A DNA stretch of 64,000 bases, from positions 5,371,053-5,435,052 of the forward strand of contig NW_003526941.1 in NCBI RefSeq assembly GCF_000181795.1, written 5' to 3'. Every line of letters begins with the position of its first letter. Position 1 is the first letter of the stretch. This stretch comes from Trichinella spiralis. Taxonomy: Eukaryota. Positions 11,504 through 22,729 of this stretch are shown here, piece by piece. The notes beneath the pieces are model-generated. The model saw nothing but the letters and a program-made list of their open reading frames with translations, had not been told where the DNA came from and did no database searches. A program made the translations under genes and the position numbers.

Positions 11504-14500
11504 CGGGAGGGGTTCAACTGCTATGTGAGATTACTACTTTACAAATGGATTTGTATGGACGATTGAAATTTATAGCAAAATATACCATTAGTACTATTAT
11601 ATATTGGCTTGGCCGTAATAAATTCTCGAATATTATTTGAACATCATTACTGAAGAACAACACGCTAGTTTCCATTAAAAAAGACTAAAATCAAACAACT
11701 ACGAAAAGCTTAAAAAGCGCGCACGTTTAGTGGAGTGTGCCAAGAGAAAGAAAGAAAACATTGTTTGAAAAAATAGCAAATATATGAAAATTCATACCTG
11801 TCAGGAAACCTGTCAGGGATGACGTATAAGGCAAACGTAGAATCATACATTTCGATGTTCGTGGTTTCTCCATATTTTTAGTCGAACAATCAGAACGTAA
11901 CTGTTGCAGTGAAGCATCGAAATGACCAAATAACGCAATGGAATAAGTAATTGGACCGCCCTTCAGCAGCGAACATTTATACTATAATGCAGGTCTCTCA
12001 ATAAACAGAAATTTATATAAGGAACATTGCTACCGAATTTGAATAGCACAAAGTGCACGTAGCAGAATGCCAACGGCAGTGCTTACCATCATATTTGCAT
12101 AAAGTTACTCTTCTGACCTAGAAATGCATGTTTGCTTTGAAAACGTATAGTAACAATGTAATGAGCCAACACCAAAGATTATAGTAATTGCCGAACAACA
12201 ACAAAATCCTCAATACGTTACAGATGAAAGTCTCTGTCTGTCACAAATAATATTATGGCGTAAATTAAAGAAGTATAAAATAGTGTCTTACGTAAATGAG
12301 GCTGTTGTAGCACGATGATAATACTTTACAGTGTTCAGCAAAATTCATTCATTAATTTAAAGAACTGATTGTTTAATGAACATTTCTTTGATCAACTTTT
12401 GAAAAAAAGAAAAATGAATGCAAAAAAATAAAAGATTGGCAAAACATAACATTTACTAAAAACACAAAAATATTGAATTGATAATTTAATGTAATGCACA
12501 TGTTGAGTTGAAGTACTAAAAATTGTGTATCACGGTTGTCATTTTAAAAAGTGTCGAACCGGCAACATTGTTTCAAACACAGATGACGATAAGTGAAAAA
12601 GAGAACTGAAGTTCAGCACCTGCTGAACATGACGACGACACACTGAATAACTAAGTGACCATAAAACTGGATATTAGTAAAGCAATTGTAGTAAGTGAAT
12701 TATGCAAATAGTAAAATGCTTTCCTTACTTTACGTCTAATAAGACATTTCCTACTTATAATAGTACTTATTGTCAGACAGACATTTCCTACTTATAGAAG
12801 AATGTTTACTTATAGAAGATTATCACACGTGCAGTGCAGAGTTAGGCAAGAAATGGTCATCATAAAATTTACTTTCTATCGACAGTTGTCAAGATTAATA
12901 TGGTTAGCCATATTCTGTCACTCTACATTTAATTTTTTATACACTTAACTGTTCCGTATTTTATTATTATTGTCAATTAATAAAAGATGCCTTTCTAATG
13001 GTGACTGAAAAAAATACATTCAAGTTAGAAAAAAAATGCTGATGCTGAAACAAATTTTGAAACCCAGAAAATTAAAAAATGAATTTTTTATACTTCTGAC
13101 ATAATTTTAATTAACAGATAAATAACAATTTGTTTTAACTTTAAAGTTTTAAAGTTCTGACCAATTAAAAATTGAACATTTCAGCCATTCAACATTAGGA
13201 ATTTCTGGCTAATGAAATGCTGAGTTGTTTGGACCAATAATAAGTATTTGCTTGTGAACGAATCACTTGGAGATCAAACTCGACCAATGAATTAGACTTC
13301 CGCTCAGAGAGGAAAAATTGGCCAAAATTTTATAGCAAATTTCCAACAAGCTGATTTTTTTTAAAAAAATCAATTGAACACCGCCGATAAAATGCATGCA
13401 ATCGTTGATATAATCTGTGAAAAGCGAAAAATAAAAATACCTGCGTCTATTTTTAGCATACTGTAAAAAAAGTGCTTAATCACTTGCTGAAATATTACTA
13501 TAAAAAGGCTGGTTTTGATACTTTTGTCTTCATCTGAACTTAATCGTTATTATTATTATTACTGTTGTTGCTGTTGTTTGTGAAAGTGAATTTAATTAAC
13601 AAAAATTACACGTATATGGATGGATGCGTGAGTGATGATTGTTTGTTAAAGCGTGTAAAACTTTGTCGCCGCAAATACTGCACTGATTTGCACTTTCTCG
13701 GATGCTGTCATGTGTCAGTTTAACAATAATCATACGCAGTGCAGTGGGCATGGGCAGAAAGAAATGTCACGAATGAACAACGAAGAAAATAGCTCTCTTT
13801 CTTTTGACGAAAATTGTAAATTTCATCATCCATGTCAAAGTTTCACTTGAAGATGTAAAATTTTTAAACAATTTTAACTAACAACTGATGAACGTTTTTC
13901 CTCTTTTGAAAAGAAATTTTACTTTATGTTGTGTGTTGTAATTTTTTTGAAGAAGTATACAAAAAAAATAATATTTGAAAATGAAAACTCCAACCTATTT
14001 ATAGATGTGCATTTAGTGAATAGGATCAATCTGTGCTCCAGTTTTTAGCATAGTTGATGATGATGATGATGATGACAGTGAGATGGAAATAGTAGTTATT
14101 AAATCAACGGGATGAAAAACGTTAAAAGGTGGTTGGTTATTGGCCCTTTTGATTGATGCTATCTTTTCATTTTCAATTTCTCTTCGGATGCTTTTCATTT
14201 TGTTTCAACTTGAATTGAATCCAATTTTTCCTCGAAAAGCACAGCAGCTGGCGAGATCATTTACAATTATTCATCAACTGTCACCACCTCTTACTACATA
14301 TCCGCGTTGAATTTTCCAATTTCCACTGACTGACTGACTGACTGGCTAGGTCAGTTATGTGCCATTATTCACCGGCATGATTATTGTGTGACGTTTCCAA
14401 AGCAGAAGCGAAGAAGATCAACTGACTATTGGAGAAAATGCTTCTCCTCCTCCCCCCCCCCATTTTCTTTCTCCAAAACGGTCCTTTCTGGATGGGATGT

Positions 14501-16440
14501 TCGGATAAAATAGAATGAATGGTGGTGACAAACGAGCCTCAACGGGCAAGCCGTCGTCACTTCTTCTTGCATAAGAACGCTGCTGTCAAAGCAGCCAGTT
14601 GTCGTCGAAAGACAGACTTGCAACGGCCGCCAAGCCATGCTCAACTGTCGAAGCTTGCTCTCTAGTCAGTAGTCAACGTCAAGCTGTTGAAGCAAGTCAG
14701 TCAGTCGTTTGCAGAAATTGAAAACTGCATCACTGCTCAACTGTTGCAACATTTAAATATAGTAACCATTTTGCCAGCGGACATTCGCATTCAATTTTTT
14801 CAGCTTGAGCTTCTTCCAAATTCAAGCTGTTCCAAGTTGCCGACAACGCTTTTCCCCATCTCACTTTTCTTTTCAATCTCACTCTTGTCACGCCCTTCCC
14901 CAAAAAATCCTCACATTCACCTTTCCTACCTTACCTAATCATCCTGTTCGAAGAAAAGAAGAGAAAATTTAAATATTCAAATTTGTTCCATTCGAATTGG
15001 TCATTAGTCTGTGTTCTGTCTGTTCATTTTTTGAATTGTGAATTGAACTCTATTTTAAGATCGAAAGACAGAGACATTGGATCATTTTCACATCTAACAT
15101 CGATCGACCGGATATTGCGCGTTGAAGCAGGCAGTTTTCGCTGGTGACAAGCGCGTTTCGCCAGTTAATCTTCCGAATCGCCTGATGTTTTACTTTTCAC
15201 TTTACCTAATACCGTCGCAAATGTGAACCGTCACTAATTTTTCAAAATCCTGCTGATGAAATCTTCTTCTCCTCTGCTTAATCTACATTTGCTTGGTTTT
15301 GTTGTTAGCAACTTGCAACTCAACAATGGATAATCAATTTCAGTGATTAGAAAACCAACAAATAATGCACCAAACATTGTCCACACACGTGTAATATAAT
15401 AATCAAGCAACAAGCGGAGGAAATAAGACGATGGATGATGAGTGAGCATCGAAACAATTCTTCAATTACACAACAATAGTAACGACAGAAAATTCAAAAA
15501 AGAAAAATCCCTTACTATTCAATCTGAATATAATTATATATGAATATATATTTTTTTCAACTAAAGACAGCATAAATAAAATATTAAAATAATATGCATC
15601 AACTGAAGATTTGTCCAAACAACCATGATGATGAGATGATGATCACTCAAGATTATTGTACAATGAAATGTCCGTTCCATCTTACATTGCTTATACATTG
15701 ACTCACTGTTTTGCAAACTGTATTCACTGTGCTGTATGGATTATTCTCATTAAGATACAACAAAATGTTGAAGATGCATGTATTTTTCTGATAAACTTAT
15801 GATAAGTAATAAATTATATACAATTGAACTGCTTTCGATTATTTATCGAATGAATTTTTTCACAACATTGGCGGTGGATTAAAAGTTTTTCCCAATAAAT
15901 TAAACTTGCTTGATTCGCGTTGGGAGAAAGGGGAATTTGAATAAAATGCCAGCTGGATAAATTTCTATGGAAAAAAGTTCAACTGTCAATGACAACAAGC
16001 AACCGAATGAAAAAGTAAAAGCCGGGTCGGAAAGAAGCCACCTGGCGGACGGCACGTCGAAACGTCCAAGATTGATGATGCTTGTGACAAGCAAGAAAAG
16101 CTTCAGCAGAAAGAGAGACTAAACGTTGTTACCTACGGCCAAAGCTGAGATCAAGTGTTCTCTCTCTTACTTTCAATTTCACTCTCACTCTCTTTCTCTC
16201 TTTCTCTCTCTCTCTGCCGTCCAACAACCTCAGCGTTGAGCAGAATCATCAAATGGGCTGCTGTTCCTTGTTCCACTGGCTTAATCATTCATTAGTAGCA
16301 AGCAGATTGTCGTCGCTGTGACGACGAAAGCTGAAGCCGAAAGCGTAAAAGCAAATTCCAAAAAAACCGAACAGTAAATACCAAGCAGTTCGGTAATAGA
16401 AGCGGTCAACACGGTCACCAACGACCGACCACAAGAGCCG

Positions 16441-17304
16441 ATGGAAAATTCCCTGCCGGATGTTGTCTACTTGGCCGCCGGTGACGATATAATGCTGAAG
16501 AACAACAGCGTCGACTGCGAAACGAGAAACGCTGTTGTTGAAAGCTTGACAGTGAAAAAGCTACCGTACGTCTGTGACAAATGCGACAGAGCTTACAGTG
16601 TAAAACGAGAACTGGTCACTCATCAACGTGTGCACCAAGGACGACCGACGTACCAGTGTTTCCAGTGTGAAAAGGAATTCGGAACCAGGCAACTGTTGAG
16701 AAAACACGAACTGTGGCATACGGGCAAACGAAGCCACATCTGCACCCAGTGTGGAAAAGCTTTCTTCCAAAAGGGCCACCTCACCCAACATCTGATGATT
16801 CACAACGGCGGTCGACCGCACGTCTGCCTCGTCTGCACCAAAACGTTCATATTCAAATTCGACCTCAACCGGCACATGAAAATTCACCAGACGGCCGCGT
16901 CCAGACATTCGCACAAAAAATCCACGGAAAAAGCCCGCCCCAACAAACGCCAAACTAACGACACCGGCGCGACCGTTTCTTCTCCTCCTCCCACCAATCT
17001 CTGCTCCACTGCCGTAATACAGCTTTCACAAGCGCCCATTTTGACAGCCCAATTTCCATTCGCGTGCGTCCTGTGCAATCAGTACAGGCAATTGTTGGTC
17101 AATTGTCAGAGACGGATCGACGAACTGGAAAAACAGTTACAACAACGCGATGCCCATGTCCACAAGCTGAACACCAAACTCGACCGCTCGAATCGTCTAG
17201 TGGACATGATCATCGAGTCTTGTCGAAGTTTCGACCAGCTTTGGATCGACCACACCAAAAATATTGTCGGACAACTCCACTGCTTGCTTTCAAACATGAA
17301 ATGA
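16441..17304 (+). CDS. C2H2 zinc-finger protein (4 tandem fingers plus predicted C-terminal coiled coil), intronless CDS
   Basis: 287-aa ORF with fingers CDKC..HQRVH, CFQC..HELWH, CTQC..HLMIH and CLVC..HMKIH, joined by TGEKP-like linkers (QGRPT, TGKRS, NGGRP). A heptad-like segment (CQRRIDELEKQLQQRDAHVHKLNTKLDRS) follows a CxxC. Confidence 0.9.
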   Translation: MENSLPDVVYLAAGDDIMLKNNSVDCETRNAVVESLTVKKLPYVCDKCDRAYSVKRELVTHQRVHQGRPTYQCFQCEKEFGTRQLLRKHELWHTGKRSHICTQCGKAFFQKGHLTQHLMIHNGGRPHVCLVCTKTFIFKFDLNRHMKIHQTAASRHSHKKSTEKARPNKRQTNDTGATVSSPPPTNLCSTAVIQLSQAPILTAQFPFACVLCNQYRQLLVNCQRRIDELEKQLQQRDAHVHKLNTKLDRSNRLVDMIIESCRSFDQLWIDHTKNIVGQLHCLLSNMK

Positions 17305-17895
17305 TGATGACCATCAGTAAATGGTAAGTTGCTTGGATTTTTTTTTTCGACAATTCATTGCAAAAAAGCCCAATTTCATTCATTTTGCCACGTTCAAATG
17401 TTCAAATGGATGCAAAATGCAAAAAAAGGGCGTGAAAAATGATAAAGATTCGCTCGAAATCAAAAAGAAATTTCATAAATTCAAAAAATTTTGAATTTCT
17501 TTTTTTTTCTCGTTTCATCTCTTCAAATAGTTCCGCCGTTTCGTTGTGATGTTTCTGATTGCATCTCTTGTTTGTACACATTTTCTAATTTGCTCATCTA
17601 TTTTTCGAAGAATCTTGCAATTCTTGACACGGATCACTTGTTTGACGCTATTTTTACTTGTGATTCAAGTTTCACTTTTATCATTTCGCTTTTCAAATGC
17701 TCAACGTCATGCGTAAAAGTTATTACGCAACTCTGGCACAGGCGACGGATGGGACGGCAGAGAGAAAAAGGGGAAGAGGGGAGGGGGGGGGGAGGGTTGC
17801 AGACGCTTTTCATTCATTCACATTCACGTGCGTAAAATTCAATTTCAAATTTAGCCCCTTCGCTCCAATGATGAGCAGTTGAAATTAGGACGCTT

Positions 17896-17928
17896 TTTCC
17901 AAATAATGGAAGTTCCATTATTTGGAAA
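17896..17928. repeat. Perfect 16-bp inverted repeat with 1-nt spacer
   Basis: tttccaaataatggaa-g-ttccattatttggaaa. Confidence 0.9.
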
Positions 17929-20271
17929 CATTTCCAAAAACCAAAGTACCAACAACAGATTCACAATTTCACGGATCAATTCATTCGATTATAATTTTCT
18001 CCTATTTCCTACTGTTCAGCCGAAAAATTGTTTCACCTTTCAGAAGAGAAAATGAACAAATTTGAAATATTCACAGCATTATTAATAAAAACAACGTAAA
18101 AATTAATCATCAGTTGCAATTATCACTTCCTGAACGAATCTAGTAGATGCAAATTTCAAACTTCGAATACAGAATGCCCTGCTCAATTCAGTAAAATTTT
18201 TATGAAAACTTGTTAACAAAACTTTTAAAACCACTGTTCAAACTGTTCAAATAAATAACCACTATGATATACTGCATGAAGAAACTAATAAATAAATAAA
18301 GCTACTTACAACAATGTTGGAGAACAGTTGTTTTCTTGATTGCCGCTACTGGTCTTTGTACGGTATTGAAAATATCTTCTTTTCGGCTTTTTGACAATGT
18401 AAAAAAATACAGTGTGCATAATTTATTCCGAATTATCCAACATTACTGTAATTAATGATATTCACGTAGTAGTATTGTATTTACATGTATTTTTTTCATT
18501 ATTTAGTATTTTATGCATATTTATTGTACTTTATTTTTTAGGAGATCATCGATTATGGTATTTAATATTGTAACTGGTGCTCTATCAAAGCGAATAGTAA
18601 ATCAGTGAAATTCAGGTAAATATTTACTCAGGCATGAGATTATACGCACTATTCACATACCTCGATACCTACCTCTCGACAGTCTCTTGGAAATTAGTTG
18701 TTAATTTATTACCGTTGATTACTTGATTGAGCACTGCCCACTGGTGGTTGTTCAATGTTCGATGAGAATAGTTCGAGAACAACAGCTTCACAGTTTTGCT
18801 CCGTGATTAATTTTCAATAATCAATCTGACAAATTTGATGAAATTTTTTCATACGCATCTGATCTGCCAATATTTGAATTCGATATTCCTACAATGCAAA
18901 ATGTAGTGCTCACAAATGAATAAATAAATGCATATAAATATGTTTGTTTGTTTCTGTCTGTTGGACAGTTTTAATTTAAGAAAAAGAACAATCACGAATT
19001 TGTGAGAAAGATAAACATCAGATCTAACAGGGCAAATTTTCATAAAGCAAACAAAATTGATTAAACGGCAAAACAGATTCTCAATACTCAATGCTCAATG
19101 ATATTGAAACAAAGGATGGATTTTTCTGGCATTGCCACTGGTTACAATATGAGCAATAAAATGCGGCTGTTCATTGAACAAACACTTTGAAAATACATTG
19201 CTGAAACAACAAAAATCAGTTACCTCAGCAGTAAAAATCTGCTGCTGCTCTATCACTGACATAAGTTTACATTGACAATATTTTATCGTAATAAAGGAAC
19301 ATACCTTTCTCATGAATTCAATCAGAAATTATAATACTTGGTATAATACAGTAATTACAGTTTATCAAAAAATGCAAAACTTTAACATTTCTAAACGTGG
19401 TCATGCAATGTTAATTTAGTAAAAATGTCTTAATAAAATTAGTATTCACACAACAAGAACATCAATTAGCGTTGAGAATTTTCAAAAAAAAATATCATAT
19501 ACTTGTTCATCATATCAACGCCAAATGTATTATGTATGTACAGCAGCAATTGAATCGATCGATGAACCTAATGCATGTAGTGTGCAAGTTTTGAGTACAG
19601 AAAAGTGCTGAATGCATAATCATAATCATAACGTCAAATACTTTAGCAAAGTTCAGTTTGGCTCTATTGAAAAAGAAACAAACAATCATTGTGAATAATA
19701 ATGTTGATAAAGTAAAAGAGGTTGATCGCCTCTAGCAGATGTAATGGTTAAAGTTGCTTGTCTAGGTAGCCAAAGGCATAATAATTCGGCTTGGAAATTC
19801 TGATCGTTGAAACCAATGGAAAACTTGATAGTTGTATTTAATGAAATGTACTCTATAATTGCGCGTGTACGTTGTAAATTCGTTTCATTCGTTCAAACAG
19901 TTGAACAATAAACCGATTAGATGGTAATGATTTCGATCAATATCGTTTTGCTCTAATAATTAGCTGTTTGACGAAATTTAAATTCCCGCTTCATCTCAAA
20001 TATACAGTCTACTAATACTGGGCACGCGAATGGAAATTGCTAAATAATATGCTGTTGCTTTTGGTATATTTGTATATATATATTTTTTTCTTTAAATTTT
20101 ATACTATGAAGTTATATGTGAAAGAATTTACAGTTTAAAGTTAAATGGTGTACATTGATGAACAAAATTTTAAAGTGGAATTATTTTAAAGTTGGCTGTA
20201 TAAATTTGCAGTGCAGTGAACGGTCGGTGTATTTGTTGTTCGAAATTTTCGGTAGCGACAGCGGTTAAACA

Positions 20272-21798
20272 ATGGCAACGGTATGTGAACAAGGCGGAGT
20301 GGCCAGTTTGATCGGAAAAGTCAAATTGTTGGTGAAGAACGTTCGCCTAGGAGAAGCGGTTGATGGTACAGTGCGGGCCGTTGCAAGCGGAAATGTGGAC
20401 AACTGTTCCCACTGTTACTTGGTGTTCAAGTGGTCAGTGGGCAAGCGAAGAAATTTGAAAATTGAACCATCATTTGGAATTCTCGAACCATTCGAACGTC
20501 AGAATATGGTGTTGGAAATAATTTTGGACAGTGTTCAAAAATTGATACTGCCAAATTATTTTGAACTCATAGTGGAAACTGCGTCGAAGGAACAGATCGA
20601 AAAGTACAGTTCAACAATTTGGAATAATCGATCACTTGTAGAAGTAAGAATTCCTGTTGAATTAACATTTCACGACAAACCACTCGACAGCAACGTGGAG
20701 GACGATTTGGCCAAAGATGAAAAGTTGAATCATATTAGTGTGGCAGAAATTGTGAATGGTATTGGCAAATTGGACATCAGAAATGCTCCGAATAAAAGTG
20801 GAAAGTACAATGAAAAGTTTAGCCCAACTTACGCGATAATTTCTGTCGGATTTGGAGAACCGCGTTACAAACTCTGCAGTCAAACCAATGACAAGTATCG
20901 GGCTGAAAATTTCACTTCAAAGTATGTCCGATCTATTATGGTAATGCCGGTTGATTCTGCTGAAAAAATCCCTGAAACAACGAGTAGTGAAACATTTGGG
21001 AAAAGCAAATTCAGTGAAAACATAACTGCCGTCAACCGATGCAACGATGATGGAATTGTGGAAAGCGATAGCGATTTGAAGCTCGAGAATGCTGTCAAAT
21101 TGGATCCTGTGAGCAATATGGACCTGGAAACGGAACTTTTTGAAACGATAAAGCTGAAAGAGATGTTGGAGCTCTTCTTGCAAGAAGAAGAAAATTTCAT
21201 CCATTCCAGTGGTAAAAGTACCAACAACTCTGAAAGTGGAAGCATTGAAGAGATCGAGGGAAGAGTTGTGCGAAAAAATGCTGCTTTCAAAGTGGGAAAT
21301 GGCAAACAAGCGGCAGTGATTATTGGTGATAAGAAAAATGATGACTGCAGTTTCGATTGGACCAACAACAATACAAACACATCGAGCTTGGAAACTGACA
21401 TGACAGAAGCTGAATACGAATGCAACAGTAGTAGACACGTCGCCGATGGAGAAATTACTGTCACAACAGACGACAGTGAAGATAGTGAAGAAATTACTGA
21501 CACCACTGAAAATGAAGATAGTGAAGAAGATACTGACACGACCGATACTGAAAGTAGTGATTCAAATGAATCAGATTGCTCTGGTTGTGTCGAAAACATG
21601 AGTAGTGAAAAAGGAAGCTCTGATGAAGATTCCACTATTTATGATTTTGAATATGAATGCTTGTTGGAAGAAGAATGTGACGACAATGGTAGTGAAGAAA
21701 AAGCAGAACAACAATTAAAGAAGAAATCCACGACAGATGCGTCAAGGCACAAAAAGCGAAGCAGCAGCATTTGCAGTTGCTGTTCTGACACGGAATGA
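20272..21798 (+). CDS. MSP (major sperm protein/VAP-like) domain protein with long acidic Ser/Thr-rich C-terminus, intronless
   Basis: 508-aa ORF. The N-terminal segment NCSHCYLVFKW..RRNLKIEPSFGILEPFERQNMVL fits the MSP-domain pattern N..xxFKv......f.v.P..G.l.P. The C-terminal third is D/E/S/T rich. Confidence 0.65.
   Translation: MATVCEQGGVASLIGKVKLLVKNVRLGEAVDGTVRAVASGNVDNCSHCYLVFKWSVGKRRNLKIEPSFGILEPFERQNMVLEIILDSVQKLILPNYFELIVETASKEQIEKYSSTIWNNRSLVEVRIPVELTFHDKPLDSNVEDDLAKDEKLNHISVAEIVNGIGKLDIRNAPNKSGKYNEKFSPTYAIISVGFGEPRYKLCSQTNDKYRAENFTSKYVRSIMVMPVDSAEKIPETTSSETFGKSKFSENITAVNRCNDDGIVESDSDLKLENAVKLDPVSNMDLETELFETIKLKEMLELFLQEEENFIHSSGKSTNNSESGSIEEIEGRVVRKNAAFKVGNGKQAAVIIGDKKNDDCSFDWTNNNTNTSSLETDMTEAEYECNSSRHVADGEITVTTDDSEDSEEITDTTENEDSEEDTDTTDTESSDSNESDCSGCVENMSSEKGSSDEDSTIYDFEYECLLEEECDDNGSEEKAEQQLKKKSTTDASRHKKRSSSICSCCSDTE
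21451..21561 (+). repeat. Three imperfect ~36-39 bp in-frame tandem repeats
   Basis: gaaattactg..gaagatagtgaa units encoding EITVTTDDSEDSE / EITDTTENEDSE / EDTDTTDTESSD. Confidence 0.75.
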
Positions 21799-22729
21799 GC
21801 GTGGGAAAAAAAATTCAAATCTAATAGCAGTGTATTTTTTCATTTATAATCAAACTTTTTTATTGTATATTTTATTGTATTATCACCATGTTGATAACAA
21901 TTTTAATCGCCGACTGTGGTTATTCTTCACTGTGATAATTATTTAATAACAGAATGAAATTGTTCAAATAACTATTGTGCAAATGATCACAAATTGTTTT
22001 TTACTGTTTTATCATTGTAAAGCGTTTGTGATAATGCGTTTGAAAATAAAAGCAAAAATAATTAACTGCACGACTACATGCATATCTTTGCAGATTGTTT
22101 CAATTTCACTTTTCCATTAGTATGAAAAGAACAATAAAGTGCGCGGCTAAAAGAAAGACATATATCGGTGTTTGAAATGAAAATTCACTGGTCGTTCAGC
22201 ATGTCTACTTTGTTAGATGCTTGATTGTGTTAATGCTGCAAAGTGTGTTGTTGTCAAAGGAAAAATGTTCCCACAGAAAATGCTGAAAAAATCGGCTGAT
22301 CTGTTTCAAGTGGCATAAACAAAAGTGAAAATTGCTTCACATTACATTACTATATCAACGTCATATTATTCCATTTACGCGAACAATGCAAACTTATTAC
22401 ATTGGAAGTGAATCACCGAATCTGAACTAGTAGTAAATTTTCGACATAAATAAAAAAAATAACTTTTCACTTTACATTTTAAAATTCGCGCGTTAACTTT
22501 AAAACATTGCCCATTAAAACAATTTTAAAAGTGGGCATCGTGGAAATTTTAGATTGTTTTCTATTCAGTGTCGACAGGTCGACTGAGGACGGACGGACGG
22601 ACAGAGAAACAAGCTAGTTGAAGGTGAGTGAGATGCTGCATACTGATAACAGACAGTGAATGGAAATGTAAAATTTGAAATTGTGAATGAAAATAAATTT
22701 CAGAAATTCGCTGAAAAAAATTAAAGACA

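Noticed and set aside
20880..21635. 251-aa minus-strand ORF
   Set aside because: It is the antisense shadow of the low-complexity acidic MSP-domain CDS, with Ser/Leu-rich composition and no motifs.
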